A stretch of DNA of 64,000 bases from an uncultured Planctomycetia bacterium (GCA_964527555.1 CAZGOG010000001.1:52602-116601); one strand, 5' to 3'; positions 1-9,896 are shown, numbered from the stretch's first letter. Numbers and translations: made by a program. Notes: generated from the letters alone by a model not told the origin.

Positions 1-56
1 CGAAATTCCTGCCGGCCCACAGGTCAAACCGTATAGGCATTATATGATAAAGCACG

Positions 57-1103
57 TTAAACGCTCTTACTAGCCATAATGCGATCAAGTCCGGCATCAA
101 GAAACTCCTTTCCCTGGATTATGTCTATTGCAATATAAAGAATATAAAGTCTCTCTTCAACGGCTGATAAATCAAAGTTCTTCACTTTTACATAATCTTT
201 ACTGGTTGTAATTATCATCTCCGCTTGTGAAGCTTGCTGTAAAATATGATCTATGTCTTTCTGCGAATAACGGTGATGGTCCGTGAAATCGTCTTTAGCG
301 CTGACGAAAGCACCCAGCCCTTCCACCAAAGAAGCAAAATAATCCGCATCTGCTATCCCGCTGAAAAGTGAGACTTTCTTCCCGGAAAGCTCATCTGCCG
401 GATGTATGAGGCCGCTTACATCCTTAAGAAAAACTGCCTTGTGCCGTGTAAGCACAACGGGGGAAGCCGGGGATATCTTCTTAATAAGAGAGAGGACTTC
501 TTCCCTCTCTTTAAGCGCAATTTTATCGGTTTTTGTAAGGACTATTAAATCCGCTCTTTTTATGGAAGAGACCGGTTCCCTCAAAACGCCGCGCGGAAAA
601 AGAAAACCGTTACCAAAAGGGTTCTTGGCCTCCAGAAGAAGAATATTGACGCCGCGCGCGATTCTCCTGTGCTGGAAACCGTCGTCCAAGATAACTATAC
701 CAGCGCCTTTAGAAGCGGCCAAACGGGCGTTTCGCACCCTGTCCTGCCCGACAAAAACGGGCACTTCCGCCAGTTCGTCCTTCAGCATTATGCTTTCATC
801 CCTTCCGTACCCCCTTGTAAGTATAGCGGGCCTCTTCCCTTCTTTAACAAGATGATCCGCTAAAAACATGACGAGCGGCGTCTTACCCGTTCCGCCAAGT
901 GTGATGTTCCCGACACTGACGACGGGAATGCCGACTTTATGCTCCCGTCTTATCTTCATGCGCCACGCCAAGTCTACGGCTTTTATCCCCGCAGCATATA
1001 CCCACGAGAAAAGACGCAAAAACCCTTTTATGATAACATCAAAAAAGCCGTCTCTTTCATCTTTCATGAGCGTGAGCATGTATTTTTTTACCGTATGCGT
1101 CAT
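57..1103 (-). CDS. lpxK: Tetraacyldisaccharide 4'-kinase (lipid A biosynthesis)
   Basis: 348-aa ORF with the LpxK P-loop region VVSVGNITLGGTGKTP. Its start overlaps the waaA stop by 4 nt (ATGA coupling). Confidence 0.85.
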   Translation of the reverse strand: MTHTVKKYMLTLMKDERDGFFDVIIKGFLRLFSWVYAAGIKAVDLAWRMKIRREHKVGIPVVSVGNITLGGTGKTPLVMFLADHLVKEGKRPAILTRGYGRDESIMLKDELAEVPVFVGQDRVRNARLAASKGAGIVILDDGFQHRRIARGVNILLLEAKNPFGNGFLFPRGVLREPVSSIKRADLIVLTKTDKIALKEREEVLSLIKKISPASPVVLTRHKAVFLKDVSGLIHPADELSGKKVSLFSGIADADYFASLVEGLGAFVSAKDDFTDHHRYSQKDIDHILQQASQAEMIITTSKDYVKVKNFDLSAVEERLYILYIAIDIIQGKEFLDAGLDRIMASKSV

Positions 1104-2377
1104 GGGTTTATGTATTTCTTGATCCTCTCGACCGTCTTATCGACAGCCCCGGAGTTAGATTCTATGACTTTTCCGGCCGCTTTTGCCAGGCGTTCACTCT
1201 CGGCAGGATCTTTTAGAACCTTTTCACAAACCTCTTTTAAGTGGCTAGAGTCCCTCACCTCCACTGCGGCGCTATGCTCCAGGAACACCTCGGAAACTTC
1301 CCTGAAATTGGACATATGCGGCCCGAAGACGATAGGCTTTTGCCACCTGGCCGCTTCTATGGGGTTCTGCCCGCCTTTTCTGGCGAGGCTGCCCCCTATA
1401 AAAACAATACTGGCGACGCTGTAAAGATCTTTAAGATGACCTATCGTATCAACAAGAAGAACGTCGCACTTGCCAGAGGCTGCCTCCCCCCCCTTAAGCA
1501 TCTCCGAAAGGCCGCAAACGGCTAGACCCTTTCCCTCGACAAAAGACTTTATCTCACCGATCCTCTCTATGTGCCTGGGTGCAAGGATAAGCTTGAGACC
1601 AGCCATCTTCTCTCTCAAACTTCTGTATATATCGACTACGATGGTTTCCTCGGGGTGATGGGTGCTGCCGGCAACGATGATTTTATCGCCGCCGGTAAAC
1701 CCCAGTTTTTCTCTGTTTATAAGATCACGCTCCGAGAAAGAAGGCGCCGCTTCATCGAATTTCATGCTGCCTGTTACAGATATCTTACCCGCGGACGCGC
1801 CCATATCCCTTATCCTTTCCGCATCCCGGGGCGATTGCATCAAAAAAGAATCTATGTTTTTCAAAATACGTCTTGTGATGAACTTTATCTTTCTGTAGCC
1901 GGCAAAAGACTTATCGGATATCCTGCCGTTAACCAGGACGGCGGCTATGCCTCTTTTTGAGAGCTCCACCAGTATGTTCGGCCACAGTTCCGTCTCCACC
2001 ATCACATAAAGTCTCGGCTCCAGGAGCCTCACGACACGTCTGACTATAAAGCTCATGTCCAGCGGATAATAGAAAAAGGCGTCGATACTGCCTTCTGCGC
2101 ACCGGCGGATCATCTCGTTTCCCGTCCTGGTAGTCGTTGAAACCACAACGGAGGCATCCGGAAAAACTTTCTTTATCGCGCGTGCCAGTTTCACCGCCAC
2201 AAGTGCTTCCCCTACGCTTACGGCATGTATCCATACGGGTCTCTTTAAACTTCCGAGCTCCTTCGGGATAAACCCGAACCGCTCTATAAACCCCCTATGA
2301 AACTTCCCCCGTAATAAAAGGGATGGGATGTATACGAGACTGAACAAGCAAAAAAACAAATCGTATAATAACCTCAT
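1100..2377 (-). CDS. waaA: 3-deoxy-D-manno-octulosonic acid (Kdo) transferase
   Basis: 425-aa ORF with the N-terminal WaaA/KdtA signature (PVWIHAVSVGEALVAVKLARAI) and a glycosyltransferase fold. Confidence 0.85.
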   Translation of the reverse strand: MRLLYDLFFCLFSLVYIPSLLLRGKFHRGFIERFGFIPKELGSLKRPVWIHAVSVGEALVAVKLARAIKKVFPDASVVVSTTTRTGNEMIRRCAEGSIDAFFYYPLDMSFIVRRVVRLLEPRLYVMVETELWPNILVELSKRGIAAVLVNGRISDKSFAGYRKIKFITRRILKNIDSFLMQSPRDAERIRDMGASAGKISVTGSMKFDEAAPSFSERDLINREKLGFTGGDKIIVAGSTHHPEETIVVDIYRSLREKMAGLKLILAPRHIERIGEIKSFVEGKGLAVCGLSEMLKGGEAASGKCDVLLVDTIGHLKDLYSVASIVFIGGSLARKGGQNPIEAARWQKPIVFGPHMSNFREVSEVFLEHSAAVEVRDSSHLKEVCEKVLKDPAESERLAKAAGKVIESNSGAVDKTVERIKKYINP

Positions 2378-2399
2378 AAAAGCCTATGCGTTCGCTCCT

Positions 2400-3260
2400 T
2401 TACGCTCTGGGATGGGCTTTGGAATACATCTCTCTGATACGCTGCGAACCAAGATGCGTATAGATCTGTGTCGTCGATAAATTCTTATGCCCCAGAAGCT
2501 CCTGTACGCTTCTTAAGTCCGCCCCGTTATTAAGCAAGTGTGTCGCAAAAGAATGCCTGATCGAATGGGGGGATATCTTCTCTTCTATGCTGCACTGCTT
2601 GACATATTTATCTACAATCCTTCTTACGCTCCTATCCGAAAGCCTCGTACCGTTCTTATTAATAAAAAGCGCGCCGGATGAATCCGTTCTTTCGTTAAGA
2701 TAACTGCGCAGGGCACGCTGCGCGCAAGAGCCCAAAAGTGCCATCCTCTCTCTTTTTCCCTTGCCCCGGACTTTGATGACACCCGCTATCAAGTCGATGT
2801 TGTCCTGGTTCAAGCCGACAAGCTCACTTACGCGTATACCCGCCGAATATAAAACTTCCAGAAGCGCCCTGTCCCTGAGGCCCAGGATACTGTCAAGCTT
2901 CGGCGCGGTTACGAGCTTCAGCGTCTTGTCCTTATCAAGAAAGGCCGGGAGCCTTTTGTCAAGTTTCGGCGTGAAAATGCTGTCTGCGGGATTGCGCGAG
3001 ATATATTTCTCCCTGAAAAGAAACCGGAAAAAAGAACGTATCGCTGCCAGCTTCCTCACAACGGTCCTCTTGGCACAGTCCCTCTTGCGCAGTTCCGCCA
3101 GGAAGCGCCGGAGGTCAAGATGCGTAATATCTTTGGGGGATTTCTCTTCCAGAAAGTCCGCCAGTTCCTCAAGATCAGACTTATAATTACGCAAGGTATG
3201 CTCTGAATAATTTTTTTCTATATCCAGATAGTTTGAAAATTTTGCAATGAACCGTCTCAC
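2400..3260 (-). CDS. xerC: Tyrosine recombinase, XerC/XerD family
   Basis: C-terminal catalytic motifs HSIRHSFATHLL and LLGHKNLSTTQIYTHL. The ORF track extends the N-terminus to 3458 in a different frame inside topA. A GTG at 3260 immediately after the topA stop is the plausible start. The xerC assignment (rather than xerD) rests only on smf-topA-xer synteny. Confidence 0.75.
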   Translation of the reverse strand: MRRFIAKFSNYLDIEKNYSEHTLRNYKSDLEELADFLEEKSPKDITHLDLRRFLAELRKRDCAKRTVVRKLAAIRSFFRFLFREKYISRNPADSIFTPKLDKRLPAFLDKDKTLKLVTAPKLDSILGLRDRALLEVLYSAGIRVSELVGLNQDNIDLIAGVIKVRGKGKRERMALLGSCAQRALRSYLNERTDSSGALFINKNGTRLSDRSVRRIVDKYVKQCSIEEKISPHSIRHSFATHLLNNGADLRSVQELLGHKNLSTTQIYTHLGSQRIREMYSKAHPRA

Positions 3261-5317
3261 TCTAGTTCCTCTTGCTCGCCTCTTTTTTCCTTCTCTTCTT
3301 CCACCCCGGAAGGAAGATTTTTTGAAGTATATGTGCACTTCGGATAGTTCGTGCACCCGTAGAACATGCCTCTTTTGGACTTGCGTTCGACAAGATCGCC
3401 GCCACAGCCTTCTACCGGACACTTGACACCGGTAGACATGGATTTGGCGTTTTTGCATGTCGGAAAGCCGGAACAGCTAAGAAATCGTCCACGCCTGCCC
3501 CATTTTATGACCATGGGCCTGCCGCATTCCCCGCACACTTCATCCGTAGCTATTTCCTGGCGTTTAACGCTCGATATCTTTTCCTTGGCTTTTTCAAGGT
3601 TCTTTGTAAAGGGCCCGTAAAAATCCTTAAGCACCTCTAACCTCTCTTTTTCCCCTTCTTCGATCTCGTCGAGTTCCTTCTCCATCTCTGCGGTAAACTC
3701 ATCATCGACGATACCCGGGAAATTCTCGACTAAAAGCCGGTTGACAAGTTCCCCCAGATCGGTCGGCACTAAACTCCTTCCGCTGCGTTTTATATAATGG
3801 CGGTCGATGATCGTCCTGATTATGGGGGCATAAGTAGAGGGTCTGCCTATCCCTTTTTCTTCCAGGTCCTTTACCAAAGAGGCATCGGTATAACGCGGGG
3901 GCGGTTTAGTAAAATGCTGCGCAGGCAGAAGCTCCTCAAGAAGGGTCTCTTCTCCCGCCTCCAGAGGCGGTATTTTTGTCATCTCGCCTTCCCCTTCGAC
4001 AAAACCGCCGTATACGCGCAGGAACCCGTCAAAAATAAGCTGTCCCCCGCCCGCTCGGAATCGATAATCACCCGCATCTATGTTAACGGCCAGAACCGAA
4101 AAAAGCGCGCTTGCCATTTGACTGGCAACGAATCTTTTCCATATAAGCTCATACAGTTTCACCTCGTCACTTTTGAGATAACGGGCTACTTCCTCCGGGG
4201 GCCTGAGCGGCAACGTCGGCCGTATCGCTTCATGCGCTTCCTGCGCGCCTTTCCTGGATCTATATACAAGCGGTTTTTCGGGACAGTATTTATCCCCGTA
4301 TTTACCGGTGATAAACCGGCGGACCTCCTCCTGGGCGTCGTTAGATATACGCACTGAATCCGTGCGCATATAAGTGATCAAGCCGACGCTTCCTTCCTCG
4401 CCAAGCTCAATACCTTCGTAGAGGCTCTGCGCGGTACGCATCGTCTTGGAAGCCGAGAAGTTCAGTTTATTAAAAGCATCCTGCTGCAGGACAGAAGTGG
4501 TATAAGGGGACCGGGGATGGCTCTTTTTGTTCTTCTTGCTTATATCGGTTACGATGAACTTTTCATTTTTTAATCTCTCAATGATCAGGCCCGCACTTTT
4601 CTCATCCGGTATATGTATCTTCTCACCCTTGTGTTTCACCAGTTTCGCCTTGAAAGCTTCTTCCTTGCTTAAAGCTTCTTTCTTGTTTAAAAGGGCCTCT
4701 ATACTCCAGTATTCCTCCGTCTTGAAACTCCTTATGGCGTCTTCCCTCTGGACTATGAGCTTGACGGCCACGGACTGCACCCGTCCGGCACTCAAGCCTC
4801 TCGTTACCTTCTTCCAGAGAAGCGGGCTTAACGAGTATCCAACGATCCTGTCGAGAATGCGCCTTGCCTGCTGGGCGTTTACTTTCCGCATATCCAGCTG
4901 GCGCGGATGTTTAAAAGCCTCTTTTACCACTTTCTCCGTGATCTCATCGAAACTCACCCTGTATACCTTCAGCTTCCCCTTCTCAAGCTGGTTCTTCAAA
5001 TGCCAGCATATGGCTTCACCTTCCCTGTCGGGGTCAGCGGCAAGATATATCGCTGTAGCGTCTTTTGCTTCCTTCTTCAGGCTGGCAAGATATTTCTTGC
5101 GGCCCTTCATTACGGTATACTCAGGGGTAAACTCATTCTCAAAATCAATGCCCATCTTGGAGGAAGGCAGGTCAATAATATGCCCCATACTGGCAAGCAC
5201 CTTGTAGTCCTTGCCGAGTATCTTGTTTATAGTTTTTGATTTTGCGGGTGACTCCACAATAACAAGAAACTTTTCTTTTCTCTTAGAAGTTCTTTTTGTC
5301 TTTTTCTTTTCTGGCAT
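3257..5317 (-). CDS. topA: DNA topoisomerase I
   Basis: 686 aa with an N-terminal TOPRIM (KFLVIVESPAKSKTI) and C-terminal C4 zinc ribbons (CGECGRPMV, CPVEGCGGDLVER). Confidence 0.9.
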   Translation of the reverse strand: MPEKKKTKRTSKRKEKFLVIVESPAKSKTINKILGKDYKVLASMGHIIDLPSSKMGIDFENEFTPEYTVMKGRKKYLASLKKEAKDATAIYLAADPDREGEAICWHLKNQLEKGKLKVYRVSFDEITEKVVKEAFKHPRQLDMRKVNAQQARRILDRIVGYSLSPLLWKKVTRGLSAGRVQSVAVKLIVQREDAIRSFKTEEYWSIEALLNKKEALSKEEAFKAKLVKHKGEKIHIPDEKSAGLIIERLKNEKFIVTDISKKNKKSHPRSPYTTSVLQQDAFNKLNFSASKTMRTAQSLYEGIELGEEGSVGLITYMRTDSVRISNDAQEEVRRFITGKYGDKYCPEKPLVYRSRKGAQEAHEAIRPTLPLRPPEEVARYLKSDEVKLYELIWKRFVASQMASALFSVLAVNIDAGDYRFRAGGGQLIFDGFLRVYGGFVEGEGEMTKIPPLEAGEETLLEELLPAQHFTKPPPRYTDASLVKDLEEKGIGRPSTYAPIIRTIIDRHYIKRSGRSLVPTDLGELVNRLLVENFPGIVDDEFTAEMEKELDEIEEGEKERLEVLKDFYGPFTKNLEKAKEKISSVKRQEIATDEVCGECGRPMVIKWGRRGRFLSCSGFPTCKNAKSMSTGVKCPVEGCGGDLVERKSKRGMFYGCTNYPKCTYTSKNLPSGVEEEKEKRGEQEELE

Positions 5318-5331
5318 GATAATTCTTTCCG

Positions 5332-6249
5332 TTAAATTGATATTTTCTCATTCGCGTTTTCCGCTCCAACGCCATTCATCCCTAGTTCATCAAGTATATC
5401 GTCCGCACACATCACGAGCTTCGCGCCGCTCTGTATAAGTAGATTGCTCCCGGTAGCTCCCGGCATATCCGCGCGAGCCGGCACCGCGAACACTTCCCTG
5501 CCTTGCTCAAGAGCAAAATCCACGGTTATCATCGCCCCGCTTTTTTTCGCGGCTTCAGCGACCAACACGCCCCTGGACATGCCGCTTATAATCCGGTTAC
5601 GCCTGGGAAAAGTCCATTTCGAAGCCGTTACGCCTGATGGGTACTCCGTTACGACCGCTCCCTTCTGGCATATCTCCGCAAGAAGCCGGCCGGCTTCTTG
5701 CGGATATATGTGCCGGAAGGAGCTACCCATGACTGCAACCGTCCTCCCGCCGGCTTTAAGCGCTCCCCTGTGCGCGGCTGAATCTATGCCTCTGGCCATA
5801 CCGCTTACAACGGTTACCCCCCTCTCTGCAAGATCCGAGGCCAGTCGCTCCGCCATATAACGGCCGTATGCGGAACACTTCCTGGATCCTACTATCGCCA
5901 CGGCTGTTTCGCTGCTAGATGCCTCCAGCCTGCCCTTGTAGTAAAGAAGTGCGGGCGCATCATATATGTGCCTCAGGCTCACCGGGTAATCTCTACTGCC
6001 GTAAGATGCAACTTTTATACCCTCTTTTTCTATATATTCAAGCTCCTTGATAAAAGCCGCATCTTCCCTTGCCTTTCTTATCCTTGCAAAATCACTGAAC
6101 TTGCCGCCCAGAATATCGTAAAACTCCGGATCCGTCATACTGAAGATCTCTTGAGTACTTCCCGCCTTCTCTAAAAGAGACTTTATTTTTACCACCCCCA
6201 GATGCGGCACAAAACTAAGCGCCATGATGTCGCGGCTTCTTTTATCCAA
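5332..6249 (-). CDS. dprA: DNA processing protein DprA (Smf)
   Basis: 305 aa with a Rossmann-like DprA core (AIVGSRKCSAYG, GIDSAAHRGAL). It sits directly upstream of topA, as in the smf-topA synteny. Confidence 0.85.
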   Translation of the reverse strand: MDKRSRDIMALSFVPHLGVVKIKSLLEKAGSTQEIFSMTDPEFYDILGGKFSDFARIRKAREDAAFIKELEYIEKEGIKVASYGSRDYPVSLRHIYDAPALLYYKGRLEASSSETAVAIVGSRKCSAYGRYMAERLASDLAERGVTVVSGMARGIDSAAHRGALKAGGRTVAVMGSSFRHIYPQEAGRLLAEICQKGAVVTEYPSGVTASKWTFPRRNRIISGMSRGVLVAEAAKKSGAMITVDFALEQGREVFAVPARADMPGATGSNLLIQSGAKLVMCADDILDELGMNGVGAENANEKISI

Positions 6250-7276
6250 TGTTTTCCTCTTTTATCTTGTTCTTTTTGACCATCTCCAGAAATATATCGG
6301 TTATTTTCGGGTCAAGTTTCCATCCTCTTTCTTCCCTTATTATTGCTATCGCCTCTTCCCTGGAAAACCCTTTGCGGTAGGGCCTGTCCGCGGTCAGCGC
6401 TTCATAGATGTCCACCACGCTCAACAGTCTCGCCTCCAGCGGAATCGCATCGCCTTTAAGCCCCGCGGGATAACCGCTCCCGTTATAATTCTCATGGTGA
6501 CTCATCATTATGGGGATAATATCCCTCAGGAAATAGAAGAGTTTTGCCACATCAGCACCCCAGATCGGATGTCTTTTTATCTGGGCAAACTCTTTTCTGG
6601 TAAGTTTTCCTTTCTTATACAATATCTTCTCATCTACCGCGATCTTGCCGATATCGTGAAGAAGGCAGGCGACTTTGAGTCTTTCGATTCTCTTCTTGCT
6701 TATCTTGAGTCTCTTTGCAAGAGCCACGGCAAAAGCCATTACACGGTGCGCATGCTTGGCAGTGTCCGGATCGTTCGAAATCGACGCCTTGAAAAACATG
6801 TCTATGGCTTCCCTGTACGCCTCATTGAGCTTTAAAGGAGTAACATTGTGAACGTTGACCCTTTTCGCGGAACATGTTCTTTCACGGCCTATAAACATAT
6901 AAAAATAGCGGCGTCTTTCCTTGAGCGGTATAGCCGACCAGCAGATGCGCTTCTCAAGCCTCTTAGCTATCATAACGGGCGCATCAAATCTCATAAGCAT
7001 CTTTTTCCGCTTTATATCGCTGAATATCTTGCTTATTGCGTTTCTTTCAGACTCGGCGATAATACTCTTGATCCAGTCTTTGCCCATGACAGCTTTCTCC
7101 GGCAAGCTGAAGGAATCAAGACAGCTGCTGTTGGCAAAAACAATCCTTCCGGAAGAATCGGTGACCATGATAAACGCCTCGACTTTTTCCAGAAGTTTCT
7201 CGAAAAACAGCCACCACAAAACAGCACTACGGTCCTCTTTCTCTTTCCTAGTTAGTTTTTTCTTCGTCCTCTTCAT
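6242..7276 (-). CDS. HD-GYP domain phosphodiesterase with N-terminal PAS-like sensor (c-di-GMP signalling)
   Basis: 344 aa with HD motif LLHDIGK and the HHENYNGSGYP signature of the HD-GYP subfamily. The N-terminal roughly 130 aa are PAS-like. Confidence 0.8.
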   Translation of the reverse strand: MKRTKKKLTRKEKEDRSAVLWWLFFEKLLEKVEAFIMVTDSSGRIVFANSSCLDSFSLPEKAVMGKDWIKSIIAESERNAISKIFSDIKRKKMLMRFDAPVMIAKRLEKRICWSAIPLKERRRYFYMFIGRERTCSAKRVNVHNVTPLKLNEAYREAIDMFFKASISNDPDTAKHAHRVMAFAVALAKRLKISKKRIERLKVACLLHDIGKIAVDEKILYKKGKLTRKEFAQIKRHPIWGADVAKLFYFLRDIIPIMMSHHENYNGSGYPAGLKGDAIPLEARLLSVVDIYEALTADRPYRKGFSREEAIAIIREERGWKLDPKITDIFLEMVKKNKIKEENIG

Positions 7277-7772
7277 CTGTAATCTTAAGTATCCTTTCTA
7301 TTACGGTTCCTGGTTCCACATTGGTGGTGTCGACGTGAAAATCCGCTTTCGTATAAAAGGGGCGGCGGTACTCCAAAAGATCCTTGATCCTTTTTCCCGG
7401 ATCCTCAACATTAAGCAGGGGACGATGACCGTGCCCTTCGGTCCTTTCGCATATAGTCTTGATATCCGCCCAGAGGCATATAACTATACCGCTTCTTTTG
7501 AGGTTATCCATATTTTCACTGTCCAAGACGACACCGCCGCCGGTGTCTACCACCTGATCTGTCTTCTGTGACACTTCCCTGACGACTTCTTTCTCCAGAC
7601 TTCTAAAATATGCTTCGCCTTCATCCCTGAATATGTCGCTTATCTTCCTGCCTTCGCGCTCCTCTATAAGATAATCGATGCTGACATATGTCTTGTTCAG
7701 TTTCTCAGCCAGAGCCTTGGCAACGGCGGTCTTACCGGTGCCCATGAAACCCACAAGCACTATATTTTTCAT
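7248..7772 (-). CDS. aroK: Shikimate kinase
   Basis: 174 aa with Walker A LVGFMGTGKT. Adjacent to aroC. Confidence 0.85.
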   Translation of the reverse strand: MKNIVLVGFMGTGKTAVAKALAEKLNKTYVSIDYLIEEREGRKISDIFRDEGEAYFRSLEKEVVREVSQKTDQVVDTGGGVVLDSENMDNLKRSGIVICLWADIKTICERTEGHGHRPLLNVEDPGKRIKDLLEYRRPFYTKADFHVDTTNVEPGTVIERILKITDEEDEEKTN

Positions 7773-7780
7773 CTTTACAC

Positions 7781-8908
7781 CTACATTCCCCCGAGATAAT
7801 CCATATATGCATTATAATTGCGCCTTACTTCCGGGATAGAGTCTCCGCCGAACTTCTCCAGAAAAGCGGAAGCTATTTCAAAGGCGACTGCCGCTTCCGC
7901 AACAACTCCGCAGGCGGGAACAGCTGTCACGTCAGCGCGTTCCGTGGCGGCTTTACTCGCCTTTTTGGTACTGATGTCAACCGACTTTAAAGGCGCGGCC
8001 AGAGTAGCGATTGGTTTCATGAAGCCCGTAACGGTTACGTCGGAAGAGTTTGTCACGCCGCCTTCGAGGCCGCCGGCATTGTTGGATGACCTGGTGAAGA
8101 TTCTCTTCTTGCTGTCATAGCTTATCTCGTCGTGGGTTTCGGACCCTTTCATGCCGCTGGAGGCTATACCGCTACCGATAGAGACTGCCTTAACCGCGGG
8201 TACTGACATGACTGCACGCGCCAAAGCACCGTCAAGCCTCCTGTCCCACTGCGCATAACTGCCTAGTCCTGCAGGAACGCCTCTTGCAATCACCTGGAAA
8301 GATCCGCCAAGAGTATCACCCGCCTTCTTCGCTTTGTCTATTTCCCCGCGCATCTTCTGTGCCGCTTTCTTGTCGACGCATCTAAGGTCAGATGCGTCCG
8401 AAAGTTTCTCGATCTGGTCAAACGAAAGACCGCCCACATCAGCCTGTACCCCGCCCAGCATGATGACGTGACTGGTAAGGCGTATACCAAACTCTCTTAA
8501 AAAGAGCCGCGTCACCGCCCCTACCGCCACGCGCGCTGCCGTCTCCCGCGCGCTTGCCCTCTCAAGGACGCTTCTTGCGTCTTTAAGGGCGTATTTCTGG
8601 ACGCCGGCCAGATCCGCATGTCCGGGTCTTGGACACTTAACGTCAGGAAGTTCATCTATCTTATAATCTTTGTTATAGACGATCATCCCGATGGGGCTGC
8701 CTATGGTCTCGCCTCTGCGGCACCCGCCTATAATCTCGACTTTATCCTTTTCGATAGCCATGCGTCCGCCCCTGCCGTATCCGACCATACGCCTCTCAAG
8801 GTGTCTATTGATAAAGTCCTCTTCGATCTTAAGACGGGAGGGCATACCGTCCAGAATCGCCATGATGCCTTTACCGTGTGACTCTCCTGCAGTCATGTAA
8901 CGTAACAT
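7781..8908 (-). CDS. aroC: Chorismate synthase
   Basis: Conserved MLRYMTAGESHG N-terminus with RBS AAGGAG 7 nt upstream of the ATG at 8908. The ORF track's extra MEIHHKKKELN (to 8941) is read from the intergenic repeat and is not coding. Confidence 0.9.
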   Translation of the reverse strand: MLRYMTAGESHGKGIMAILDGMPSRLKIEEDFINRHLERRMVGYGRGGRMAIEKDKVEIIGGCRRGETIGSPIGMIVYNKDYKIDELPDVKCPRPGHADLAGVQKYALKDARSVLERASARETAARVAVGAVTRLFLREFGIRLTSHVIMLGGVQADVGGLSFDQIEKLSDASDLRCVDKKAAQKMRGEIDKAKKAGDTLGGSFQVIARGVPAGLGSYAQWDRRLDGALARAVMSVPAVKAVSIGSGIASSGMKGSETHDEISYDSKKRIFTRSSNNAGGLEGGVTNSSDVTVTGFMKPIATLAAPLKSVDISTKKASKAATERADVTAVPACGVVAEAAVAFEIASAFLEKFGGDSIPEVRRNYNAYMDYLGGM

Positions 8909-8929
8909 GTTTAGCTCCTTTTTTTTATG

Positions 8930-9088
8930 ATGAATCTCCACGGACTTACGTCCGTGGTCTTATCTTTTTGGCCTGTTGGCGTCGCAACTTCTCGAGATGT
9001 GTCTTCACACCCGTGGTGTTCCTTGCCCCAAACACCTCTTCATTACATTAGAGATTCATGGTGAGCAAGCGAAGCGCGCCGAACCATA
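8930..9088. repeat. Intergenic structured repeat, copy A (long subfamily, MITE/REP-like)
   Basis: Begins ATGAATCTCCACGGACTTACGTCCGTGG and ends GAGATTCATGGTGAGCAAGCGAAGCGCGCCGAACCATA. There are five highly similar copies in the window. Terminal inverted repeats are TGAATCTC/GAGATTCA. A perfect hairpin is CCACGGAC-TTAC-GTCCGTGG. Confidence 0.8.
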
Positions 9089-9101
9089 AATTTAAATTCT
9101 A

Positions 9102-9896
9102 TTAATGCACTATCGAGCTGCAAAACAGATAGCTGAGAACACCTTTACCGTACAATAGACTTATAAGCGCCGCCAGCGAAAGATACGGCCCGTAAGGTAT
9201 GATCTCCTTATGGAATTTCAGTTTCATGAATATCCCGACACCGGAACCGAACACGGGCGCCAGGAAAAAAGTGAGTAAAACCAATTTCCACCCCAAAAAA
9301 GCTCCTATCATGGTCATAAGCTTTACATCTCCCCCGCCAAGCGCTTCCTTACGGAATATCCACTCTCCCACGACTCCAAGAACAAGCATGCTCGCCCCGC
9401 CTGACAGAGCGCCTAAAAGCGAGTTTATAAACGACTCGATCATTTTACCGGAAGCATCCAGCCTGAAAAGCGTAAAGAGTATTATACCGACAAAGATCCC
9501 TGGGATACTTATGACATCCGGTATCTCATGATGCTCTATATCGATGACCGTCATGGTAATAAGAGCGCACGCAAACAGCCAGTAGATAAAAAATGGGACT
9601 GTCGGCAAGCCGGAAGCGGATGAAAAATAAAATAAAAGCACCACGCCTATAAGGGCAGTCGCCAGCTCTACCAGAAAATATCTTATCGGTATGGGCCTGG
9701 AACAGTTCCGGCACCTGCCTTTAAGAAGCAGGAAGCTTATAAGAGGCACATTATCAAACCACCCGATAGGTTTTTCACAGAAAAGACAGAAAGAACGGGG
9801 GCTCACGATAGATTTTCCTAGGGGTATCCTGTAGATGCAGACATTCAGGAAACTCCCTATAATCGCGCCGAATATGAATATGATCACATACCCCAT
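9102..9896 (-). CDS. pilD: Prepilin (type IV leader) peptidase, A24 family
   Basis: 264 aa, polytopic membrane protein with an N-terminal Cys-rich zinc motif (CLFCEKPIGWFDNVPLISF...CRNCSRPI) and the A24 peptidase core. Confidence 0.8.
   Translation of the reverse strand: MGYVIIFIFGAIIGSFLNVCIYRIPLGKSIVSPRSFCLFCEKPIGWFDNVPLISFLLLKGRCRNCSRPIPIRYFLVELATALIGVVLLFYFSSASGLPTVPFFIYWLFACALITMTVIDIEHHEIPDVISIPGIFVGIILFTLFRLDASGKMIESFINSLLGALSGGASMLVLGVVGEWIFRKEALGGGDVKLMTMIGAFLGWKLVLLTFFLAPVFGSGVGIFMKLKFHKEIIPYGPYLSLAALISLLYGKGVLSYLFCSSIVH

Noticed and set aside
3261-3458. Extension of the Xer recombinase ORF into topA.
   Set aside because: It overlaps the topA coding region out of frame. A GTG start at 3260 directly after the topA stop fits the 290-aa size of XerC/D.
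8930-9088. Possibility that the repeats are tRNA-like, integron attC sites or small self-cleaving ribozymes.
   Set aside because: GGTTCGACTC resembles a T-loop, but no acceptor or anticodon arms can be folded. They sit between essential operon genes, not in cassette arrays, and lack the R''/L'' attC architecture. No CUGAUGA/GAAA hammerhead or twister cores are visible.
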